Origin: a virus
DNA length: 64,000 nucleotides
Strand: one strand, 5' to 3'
Virus record (IMG/VR): IMGVR_UViG_3300027749_000095
Location: 1-64,000 of that record
Shown: positions 56,381-64,000 of the stretch, piece by piece
Layout: each line of letters begins with the position of its first letter
Numbering within the stretch: position 1 is the stretch's first letter
The notes under the pieces: model-generated
Database searches by the model: none
Seen by the model: only the letters and a program-made list of their open reading frames with translations
What the model was told of the DNA's origin: nothing
Program-made: the position numbers and the translations under genes

Positions 56381-58837
56381 TTATCCTTCAAATCCTGCAA
56401 GATCAGTGCTTTGTTGTATTTCTGCCGGCGTTCTAAGTTCGCCAGTACCGGTTGCACCGTCTGCTACTGCTGGTTTTACATTTTGATTATCTTGTAGTAA
56501 TTTAACTTCAGCGCCTTCGGCTGCTGAAGGATTTGAAGATTGTCCGGCACGTCTAACCACTGTTAGGTTCTGTATAAATCTACCACGATTGAACGTGCTT
56601 TCGATCGAAAGCACTTGGTATAACCCACTAAACTGATTTATTAATTTTGTGGGGCCAAATTTATATGCACCTTTACTTACATCAATATCAATTGGTGTTC
56701 TAAAATCCACAGTAATATCAACTTCACCAGTTTGATAATCAATGCTATAATCTGCTGTCATGTTCTCGTATTGAGATTTAGCGGCTGTATAATTCCCCAT
56801 ACCACTATCCCCTAAGAAATAAGGATCACCTAAAATAGTTAGGTTAGCTTGTATCATGTCAAACGGGCTATTTAAAATATTATTTTGAAAATTTCGAGCT
56901 GCTGCTGTTTCTGGAGTGTCGCGGCCGCTGGTGCCGGTGCCGGTGTTTGTTTTAGTTTGATCATACCGTACTTCTTTTGTTGCTTCTCCCTCTAATGGCG
57001 TGTTAGATCCTGCTGCAGGATCGGCTGGCTGAGCGTCTTGGGCAGCATTTGCGCCGGACGACTCTTTTGCACGTTGCTGTCCTGAGTTATTTTTTGTATT
57101 GTCTGCCGACATTGCAGAATAGAAAGATGCATTAAACTTAATATCAAAATTTAGAACATCTAAATTTTTAGCTGTATAGATATAATTGTACGCCTTGACT
57201 GCTTGTGCTTTTGCCTTTTTAACTTTAGGATTGGCAGTATTTGGGGGCATAAAACTTGATGCATCAATGCCAAATGGCACCACTCGATACACAATAAGTT
57301 TTGGCTGTACACCGGTTTTGTCTATGTTAGCATTTGATGGTATTACATATACCTGAACTTCTATTCTCCACCATGGGATTTTTCCGGTGTCAGACAATTG
57401 TGTACTTGTCAATGCTTGTCGACCATAATCGCTCATTAACATAACTTGATTTATAGCATTGGGAATATCGGTACCTTGTGAGAATTTAAATGTACCTTCT
57501 GTTGGGTCGATTGAAATTTTTCCTCGGGTATATACTTTAGCTTTTTCATCGTATACTAATCCTTCCTTAGCAAACGATGGGTCGCCAATTCTCTCAGGCG
57601 TAAATCCCATACTTGATCTACCTAGCGCATTCATGTCTACTTCGTCTTGTAGTAACGTTCCGTTACCACCTTGGTCTTCAAGTTTAAGAGAAATCTTTAA
57701 TTTTGCATTTAAATCGTTGCCACTAACTGAACCAGTATTAGGAGCAGCAGTTGCACCAGCGTCTTCTGAAGATTCAGTTGGCCGGCCTGAACTTAAATCG
57801 TTTGGGAACATAATTAGTATTTGATCTGGAACCTTTATGATTTTTTTATCGGTTGCAGCAGCTTGCAATCTTTCATTTAATACAACTTGTAAACTACGTT
57901 CTCCGGTTTGTAACATTTGCCCAACTGTTTTACCCCTAATTGTAATATCAGTTTTAAGTTGTAAGTAGCTGCTGCTAAAACCTTTTTCATTCCACGGAAT
58001 TGCTGATACATCATATTCTGCACCACGGCCAGTTACTCGCATATCAATAGTGCTTAATTTTAAAGGAAAATGTTTTGTTGTTCTCTCAATAGACAATGAA
58101 TCTGCCGCAATGCCCTGCTGTGCAGAATTTAAATGGCCTTTAAACTCAACTGTTAATAGTAGCGGAACTGATTGCCAACTTTTGTACCCAGCATTTGTGG
58201 CGGCAAGTTGTAGAGATTCAAATAATAATCCCATGCTATACATTTCAGTAACTTTAAATTTTATTGAGGTAGCATTTGTGTTGCCAGTAGACTTGTCAAG
58301 GTTAATAACACTCCCTACACTTAAATTATCCATGAAGAAATCAAACTTACCATAGGCAGTGTTTACTCTATTCTCAGGAGATCCACTACCACTTTTAAAA
58401 ATAATTTGGCCCAATTGTCCTTTCTTGTATGTTTCATTTGGAAAATTTATAGCAACTGGGTCAAGCACACTTAATGTAAAGATATAATTATAACTGGCGT
58501 AGTTGTGTAGAATATTTGACATGGGCAATGTAGTTCTTAAGTCTACCGCAGTTGCCGATGCGTTCATTGATTTGCTAATATTACCTAAGTCAACAATATT
58601 TGATATTTGTGTTTGTATTGCACCCAGAGCTCCTGGGATTCCTGCAAGTTGTCCTGGAATTGCTGAGGATAATGCTGTGCCAAGGTTAGATATTCCGTTG
58701 GCTGCGGCTCGCTGTATGCCACTAATTGCACCGTTGACCGTGCCTAATGCACTAGCTAGAGTTGTATTTGATACAACTCTAGCTGCTTGGCTGACCGCTG
58801 ATGTTGCAGAATTAATTGCAGAGTCAAATAATCCCAT
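56381..58837 (-). CDS. baseplate hub protein (gp27-like, inferred)
   Basis: Position between gp53-like and gp5-like genes. LTILGDPY.L and FSGLYQV...S.F..G.F.Q.L C-terminal pattern. Confidence 0.6.
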   Translation of the reverse strand: MGLFDSAINSATSAVSQAARVVSNTTLASALGTVNGAISGIQRAAANGISNLGTALSSAIPGQLAGIPGALGAIQTQISNIVDLGNISKSMNASATAVDLRTTLPMSNILHNYASYNYIFTLSVLDPVAINFPNETYKKGQLGQIIFKSGSGSPENRVNTAYGKFDFFMDNLSVGSVINLDKSTGNTNATSIKFKVTEMYSMGLLFESLQLAATNAGYKSWQSVPLLLTVEFKGHLNSAQQGIAADSLSIERTTKHFPLKLSTIDMRVTGRGAEYDVSAIPWNEKGFSSSYLQLKTDITIRGKTVGQMLQTGERSLQVVLNERLQAAATDKKIIKVPDQILIMFPNDLSSGRPTESSEDAGATAAPNTGSVSGNDLNAKLKISLKLEDQGGNGTLLQDEVDMNALGRSSMGFTPERIGDPSFAKEGLVYDEKAKVYTRGKISIDPTEGTFKFSQGTDIPNAINQVMLMSDYGRQALTSTQLSDTGKIPWWRIEVQVYVIPSNANIDKTGVQPKLIVYRVVPFGIDASSFMPPNTANPKVKKAKAQAVKAYNYIYTAKNLDVLNFDIKFNASFYSAMSADNTKNNSGQQRAKESSGANAAQDAQPADPAAGSNTPLEGEATKEVRYDQTKTNTGTGTSGRDTPETAAARNFQNNILNSPFDMIQANLTILGDPYFLGDSGMGNYTAAKSQYENMTADYSIDYQTGEVDITVDFRTPIDIDVSKGAYKFGPTKLINQFSGLYQVLSIESTFNRGRFIQNLTVVRRAGQSSNPSAAEGAEVKLLQDNQNVKPAVADGATGTGELRTPAEIQQSTDLAGFEG

Positions 58838-58838
58838 G

Positions 58839-59138
58839 TTATAATCCTAATATATCTGTCAAACTTGATTTTTTAGGTAAGTGAATTTGAGTACCTGCAA
58901 TAAAATCGTATATAGGATCTTGCAGAATATCTAAGTTTCTTTGAATAAACACCCACCATAACTTATTAGTGCCGTAAAGGTCATATGCCAATAAATCTGG
59001 ACGATGACTGTACTGTGGTTCTATTGTATAAATTGGGTCGTCTGCTTCAGAGCTTACTGGGCGAATTTTTAAAATTCCCAGGTAATTGTTTTCGATTGTG
59101 GTGTTTGCCCACGGGCTTGTATTAGAATAAGTTGCCAT
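58839..59138 (-). CDS. baseplate wedge subunit (gp53-like, LysM-like)
   Basis: RPDLLAYDLYG...LWWVF..RN motif. Confidence 0.82.
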   Translation of the reverse strand: MATYSNTSPWANTTIENNYLGILKIRPVSSEADDPIYTIEPQYSHRPDLLAYDLYGTNKLWWVFIQRNLDILQDPIYDFIAGTQIHLPKKSSLTDILGL

Positions 59139-60205
59139 TAGATATATCCACCTGATCCATTAACATACCCACCTGTTACAAATTTTTGCAAGCTAAATTG
59201 TCTAACTGCTTCTCTGCTATACACTGGCTGTAGGGTAACCGTTAATGTGCTTTTGTTTGGTACATGCGTATTGCCAGTGGCTGTTGGAAATACTCCGCCG
59301 ACTCCTTGGCCGGCGCCACTTACCGCACTGACAACTCCTCCAATTTGTCCGAGGGCAGTTGCTGCCGTACCTATTGCATTTGCTAGTTTACCGGCACCAA
59401 GATTTCCTGCTATACCGGCGATGCCTGCTCCTAATGCTGCAATACCCGATACTGTAGACGCGGTGCCGCCTGATGCTGCTCCAAACCCACTAAATCCTTC
59501 TGTACCCATCGTTGTGGCAATATAATTTGCATCCGCTGGGAGATCAATGCTAAAACTAGTAATCACTACAGGCACATTTTTAAAAACAAAATCGCCATAT
59601 CCATTTAAAGATAAAATTGGTGGCGGGCTTCCTGCTGACTCACCGTCACCCGAATACATCTTAGTAGCAGATCTTAAAAAATGCACCGCAGCAATCCAAT
59701 ACTGTGCTTGGACAGCATCTTCAACGTTAAACGGACCAGAAATAGAAATAGCATTTGCTTTGCTATTTTGATATGCCATGAATTGATAATTCTGATGTGT
59801 AATTGCAACATCATCATAACTTGCACTATGAGAAATACTTATTGTGGGTGTGTATGGGAATACTAATCCACCTGCGTTTTTCAACGGGGCAAGTACACTA
59901 CTTGATGCAAAAAAGTTTGGAGGTATCGATAGTCGAACCCGCCAATCGTCGGAATTACCAGGTCCGGTAAATGATACTCTAGCGGCTGCGGCTGCGGCGC
60001 CCATGCCTCCGGTTCCCGGTAAGTTGATGCTTCGTAATGCAGAGATTAGTCCGGCAGGGTTTGATAAATTATTGAGTGCGCCGGCTAATTTGCTAGCAGT
60101 GCCTAATGCCCCCTGTAACCCGCCCACTGCGCCGCTGATCGACGAACCAATAGATTGTGCTTGACCCACTACCGAACTGATCGACGAACCTATATCAAAT
60201 GCCAT
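59138..60205 (-). CDS. baseplate tail-tube initiator/cap (gp48/gp54-like)
   Basis: GLVFPYTP.I, G.PPP...L.GYG...F..VPVV...F..DLP motifs with Gly/Ala-rich flanks. GGAG RBS. Confidence 0.65.
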   Translation of the reverse strand: MAFDIGSSISSVVGQAQSIGSSISGAVGGLQGALGTASKLAGALNNLSNPAGLISALRSINLPGTGGMGAAAAAARVSFTGPGNSDDWRVRLSIPPNFFASSSVLAPLKNAGGLVFPYTPTISISHSASYDDVAITHQNYQFMAYQNSKANAISISGPFNVEDAVQAQYWIAAVHFLRSATKMYSGDGESAGSPPPILSLNGYGDFVFKNVPVVITSFSIDLPADANYIATTMGTEGFSGFGAASGGTASTVSGIAALGAGIAGIAGNLGAGKLANAIGTAATALGQIGGVVSAVSGAGQGVGGVFPTATGNTHVPNKSTLTVTLQPVYSREAVRQFSLQKFVTGGYVNGSGGYI

Positions 60206-60225
60206 TATGGACTCCTTTGTTACTC

Positions 60226-60232
60226 TATTTAG
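60226..60232 (-). promoter_or_regulatory. late promoter (CTAAATA) heading the baseplate block
   Basis: CTAAATA 20 nt upstream of ATG 60205. Confidence 0.65.
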
Positions 60233-60261
60233 TTGACAAAATTAAGTGCATAGTTTATAAT
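60233..60261 (+). promoter_or_regulatory. consensus sigma70 promoter for gp55
   Basis: TTGACA-N17-TATAAT, then AGGA RBS. Confidence 0.85.
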
Positions 60262-60280
60262 ATTATAAAATAGGACTACA

Positions 60281-61102
60281 ATGAAAATAAATTATTTGAA
60301 CAATAAAGATCTACTAGAAGAAATACATAAAAGCAAGAATACGTTTTGTAGTTTTATTGATCCATCATTTCATCGATACGATCTTATTTTACCAAGTATT
60401 GATAAAATCAATATAAGAACTATTGCCGAGGCTAAAAGAGCGCAGGCAAAACGGCAAGGTAGCGAAGAATACCAGCGCCGTAAAGCACTTGGCGAAAAGG
60501 TCAAGCAAGCAGATACAGATGTTGATTATAAGAAAATTGCTAAGACTGATGTAGTTTTTCGAATTATGACATTTGACCATATTCCATTAAACGGTACACG
60601 CAAGAAAAATCCAAAAAGTTTAGCAGATCACAGAGACAAAGTAAACTTCCCTCCATTCCAACATTGGAAATTTGATGATAAAGACATTCTAGTATGTGTT
60701 GGTAAATCGCACTGGAAAGGTGATCTAGAAAAAGGCAAGTTTAATAAAGATCACGGGCAAATTACCAATACGTTAGCTCGTATGTACATTAAATTATGTG
60801 AAAGATATGCTACTCGCGGCAATGTGCGTGGCTACACGTACAACGATGAAATGCGGGGACAAGCTATCCTACAGCTAACGCAAATTGGTTTACAGTTTGA
60901 CGAATCAAAAAGCGATAATCCGTTTGCATACTTTACTGCTGCGGTTACAAATAGTTTTGTTCGAATTATTAACTTAGAAAAACGCAATCAAAACATCCGT
61001 GATGACTTATTAGAGATCAACGGCATGAATCCAAGTTACTCAAGAACTGGGGCTGGAGAACATGCAGCGGCTGTTAAACGAAATGAAGAAAATATCGATT
61101 GA
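60281..61102 (+). CDS. 55: late-transcription sigma factor (T4 gp55-like)
   Basis: NYLNNKDLL, N.RGYTY.DEM...A and FDE.KS.NPFAYFT...N.F.R.I..EK. Gene order 55-47-46. Confidence 0.88.
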   Translation: MKINYLNNKDLLEEIHKSKNTFCSFIDPSFHRYDLILPSIDKINIRTIAEAKRAQAKRQGSEEYQRRKALGEKVKQADTDVDYKKIAKTDVVFRIMTFDHIPLNGTRKKNPKSLADHRDKVNFPPFQHWKFDDKDILVCVGKSHWKGDLEKGKFNKDHGQITNTLARMYIKLCERYATRGNVRGYTYNDEMRGQAILQLTQIGLQFDESKSDNPFAYFTAAVTNSFVRIINLEKRNQNIRDDLLEINGMNPSYSRTGAGEHAAAVKRNEENID

Positions 61103-61127
61103 CCTGTTGTTCTAAAACAACTATAAT
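61099..61127 (+). promoter_or_regulatory. sigma70-type promoter with palindromic spacer
   Basis: TTGACC-N17-TATAAT with GTTGTT-CTAA-AACAAC in the spacer. Confidence 0.7.
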
Positions 61128-61147
61128 GTAATGATGGAGAATGCATA

Positions 61148-62161
61148 TTGAGTAATCTTTTTAAAAAAGTAGCCTGTTTTACTGATCTACATTTTGGACT
61201 TAAAAGTAACAGTTCAGTACACAACCAAGACTGCGAAGATTTTGTAGACTGGTACATTGCAAAGGCAAAGGAGGAAGGCTGTGACACTGGAATTTTTATG
61301 GGCGATTGGCATCACAATCGAAATAGTCTTAATATCACTACTATGGACTATAGCCTTAGGGCCTTGGAAAAGCTCGGTAAGGCGTTTGATCAGTTTTTCT
61401 TCTTTCCTGGCAATCACGATCTTTATTACAAAGACAAGCGGGATATTCACTCAGTTGAGTTTGGAAAATACATACCAGGCATTACTGTGGTACACAAGCC
61501 TACTACCATTGGCGATGTTACACTTTGCCCGTGGCTCGTCGGGGACGAGTGGAAAACTGTAGGCAATAAAGGCGGCAAGTATATCTTTGGTCACTTTGAA
61601 TTGCCCAGCTTCTTCATGAACGCCATGATTCAAATGCCCGATCATGGGGAAATCAATCTTGACAACTTTAAAAATTACGAAATGGGGTTTAGTGGGCATT
61701 TCCACAAGCGTCAACAACAACGCAATATGATTTATATTGGTAATGCGTTCCCTCATAACTATGCAGACAACTGGGATGACGATCGAGGTATGATGATTTT
61801 AGAATGGGGTGGGGTTCCAGAATATCATTCCTGGCCTTTGCAACCCACATTCCGAACAGTGAAACTAAGTCAACTTATTGATGATGCCGATAAAATCATA
61901 TTGCCACGACAACATCTGCGTGTTAGTTTAGATATTGACATTAGTTACGAAGAAGCTAGCTTTATTAAAGAGAAATTTATAAGCGATTACAATATTAGAG
62001 AATTAACATTAATTCCGGAAAAGAAAGATATTGAAATTAACACAAATATTGATATTCAAGCATTTGAAAGTGTTGATCAAATCGTTAGCAATCAATTAAT
62101 CAGTATTGAAAGTGATACATTCGATCCTAAAATTTTACTGAGTATCTATAATAGCCTATGA
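61148..62161 (+). CDS. 47: recombination endonuclease subunit (gp47, Mre11/SbcD-like)
   Basis: TDLHFG, GDWHH, GNHD, GHFE and SGHFH. TTG start with GGAG RBS. Confidence 0.93.
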   Translation: MSNLFKKVACFTDLHFGLKSNSSVHNQDCEDFVDWYIAKAKEEGCDTGIFMGDWHHNRNSLNITTMDYSLRALEKLGKAFDQFFFFPGNHDLYYKDKRDIHSVEFGKYIPGITVVHKPTTIGDVTLCPWLVGDEWKTVGNKGGKYIFGHFELPSFFMNAMIQMPDHGEINLDNFKNYEMGFSGHFHKRQQQRNMIYIGNAFPHNYADNWDDDRGMMILEWGGVPEYHSWPLQPTFRTVKLSQLIDDADKIILPRQHLRVSLDIDISYEEASFIKEKFISDYNIRELTLIPEKKDIEINTNIDIQAFESVDQIVSNQLISIESDTFDPKILLSIYNSL

Positions 62162-63936
62162 TAAAAATAAAGGAATTAACCGTACGTAATTTTATGAGCG
62201 TGGGTAATCAAACCCAAGCTGTAAACTTTGGTCGTGAACAACTAACCTTAGTACTAGGTGAGAATCTAGATCAAGGTGGAGATGATAACGGAAGTCGAAA
62301 TGGTACAGGTAAAACTACTATCGTTAATGCATTAAGTTTTGCATTGTACGGAGTTGCATTAACTAACATCAAGAAAGACAACTTAATTAACAAGATCAAC
62401 TCTAAAGGAATGCTAGTTACTTTAACATTTTCTAAAGATGATGTAGAATATCGTATTGAACGCGGTCGTAAGCCCACTGTAATGCGATTTTACATTAATA
62501 ATCAAGAACAGAGTACAGAAACTACTGATGAAAGTCAAGGTGATATGCGGGAAACGCAAAAGGACCTTGATGAATTGTTGGGCATGAGTCACGATATGTT
62601 TAGACATATTGTTGCGCTCAACACTTATACTGAACCGTTCCTTAGTTTAAAGGCTAACGAGCAACGAGAAATCATTGAACAACTTCTAGGCATTACATTA
62701 CTGTCAGAAAAGGCAGATGCTCTCAAAGAACAAATTAGAATTAGCAAAGAATCAATCTATCAAGAGACTGCTGATATCGAAGCTGCTAAAAAATCTAATG
62801 AAAAAATACAAATTAGTATCACAGGGCTAGAGACTAGACAGAACGCATGGTATAGTCAACAAAAAACAGACTGTGAAAAGATTACAAAAAGCATTAATGA
62901 ACTTAAAAGTGTACATATCGAAGCTGAATTAGAGCAACATTCTAAACTAAAAGTGTATAATGAACATGCCGCTAAGATAAAGAGTCTTAATAAAGAACGT
63001 GCTACACTTGAAACTGCTGTTATTCAAGCAGATCGATCAGTGATCAAATATACTAAAGAAGTAGAACAGTTAAAAAATAAGACATGTCCAGCATGTGAGC
63101 AACAGTTGCATAGTCACAAGCATGAAGAAATGTCTGCTGATGCTGAAAAGAACCTTACAGACTCTGAGTTGTATCTAAAAGGTCTTGCAGATAGCTATGC
63201 TACTGTACTTCAAGAGTTAGAAACTATTGGGGATATTAACGGCCGACCGGAAACTTACTACGATACTGTAGAAGAAGCACTCAAACATCAAAACAATCTT
63301 ACAAGTTTTGAAACAGCATTGGATAATAGACAACAAGAGAAAGATCCTTATCAAGAACAGATTGATGATCTTAAGCATACTGCTATTCAAGAAATATCTT
63401 GGGATAACATTAATGCTGTAACTTCTTTAAAAGACCATCAAGAGTTCTTGTTAAAGTTGTTGACTAACAAAGATAGTTTTATTCGTAAGAAGATTATTGA
63501 TCAAAACTTAGCATATCTAAACAATAGACTTACATATTATCTTGACAAGATGGGACTACCACATACTGTTGTATTCCAGAATGACTTAAATGTAGAAATT
63601 ACACAGTTAGGTCAAGATCTTGACTTTGATAACTTATCACGCGGTGAACGTAATAGATTAATCCTTGGATTGTCGTGGTCGTTTCGTGATGTGTGGGAAA
63701 GTTTGTATCAAAACATTAACTTACTGTTCATCGATGAACTCGTTGACAACGGATTAGATGCCGCTGGAGTTGAAAACGCACTGGGCGTACTTAAAAAGAT
63801 GGCACGTGAGCGTAAAAAGAATATTTTCTTAATCTCTCACAAAGATGAATTGATTGGGCGTGTTAATAATGTACTTAAAGTTATTAAAGAAAACGGATTC
63901 ACATCATATAGCAATGATATTGAGATTGTAGAATGA
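62158..63936 (+). CDS. 46: recombination ATPase subunit (gp46, Rad50/SbcC-like)
   Basis: NFMSVG, Walker A NGTGKT, zinc hook CPAC, signature LSRGE, Walker B LFIDE and ISH. Confidence 0.95.
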   Translation: MIKIKELTVRNFMSVGNQTQAVNFGREQLTLVLGENLDQGGDDNGSRNGTGKTTIVNALSFALYGVALTNIKKDNLINKINSKGMLVTLTFSKDDVEYRIERGRKPTVMRFYINNQEQSTETTDESQGDMRETQKDLDELLGMSHDMFRHIVALNTYTEPFLSLKANEQREIIEQLLGITLLSEKADALKEQIRISKESIYQETADIEAAKKSNEKIQISITGLETRQNAWYSQQKTDCEKITKSINELKSVHIEAELEQHSKLKVYNEHAAKIKSLNKERATLETAVIQADRSVIKYTKEVEQLKNKTCPACEQQLHSHKHEEMSADAEKNLTDSELYLKGLADSYATVLQELETIGDINGRPETYYDTVEEALKHQNNLTSFETALDNRQQEKDPYQEQIDDLKHTAIQEISWDNINAVTSLKDHQEFLLKLLTNKDSFIRKKIIDQNLAYLNNRLTYYLDKMGLPHTVVFQNDLNVEITQLGQDLDFDNLSRGERNRLILGLSWSFRDVWESLYQNINLLFIDELVDNGLDAAGVENALGVLKKMARERKKNIFLISHKDELIGRVNNVLKVIKENGFTSYSNDIEIVE

Positions 63937-64000
63937 ACTATGAAGAGTTGCACGATAAGTTAATGGCAGAACTCAGAGAATACTTTGAGGACTATCAAAA
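63933..64000 (+). CDS. hypothetical protein, 3'-truncated by window edge
   Basis: ATGA overlap with gp46. MNYEELHDKLMAELREYFEDYQ is open to the window end. Confidence 0.55.
   Translation, partial: MNYEELHDKLMAELREYFEDYQ

Noticed and set aside
1-64000. Stop-codon reassignment
   Set aside because: Conserved genes are full length in the standard code and coding density is high without recoding.

Overview
This window is a 64-kb, gene-dense segment of a large T4-like myovirus genome (gp43/gp45/gp55/gp46/gp47-type genes; probably an uncultured aquatic phage, host not identifiable). It reads in the standard genetic code, and no tRNA, CRISPR array, integrase or transposase was seen. Layout: (1) 1-3.3 kb, Dps, a candidate structured RNA, and Ala/Pro/Gly-rich probable head-internal proteins. 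(2) 3.8-25.7 kb, + strand, sigma70-driven replication and nucleotide block: family B DNA polymerase, sliding clamp, then a 7-deazaguanine DNA-modification cluster (DpdA/TGT-like, QueD-paralog with LxxxHRHxF motif, FolE, QueE, no QueC or canonical QueD in the window) interleaved with a GT-B glycosyltransferase, UDP-sugar dehydrogenase, cupin, HIT and 2OG-Fe oxygenase, followed by RNase H, MoxR/vWA and ThyX. (3) 25.7-60.2 kb, - strand, late block: baseplate genes (including a 4427-aa protein), three paralogous tail-fibre proteins and four GT-A glycosyltransferases. (4) 60.3-64 kb, late sigma gp55, gp47 and gp46. The strongest leads are a possibly clamp-coupled, glycosyl-decorated 7-deazaguanine modification system, a possible virion-glycosylation module, a candidate double-pseudoknot RNA after dps, and a tandem hairpin operator before the polymerase. 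All family calls come from motif recognition by eye; no database search was run.
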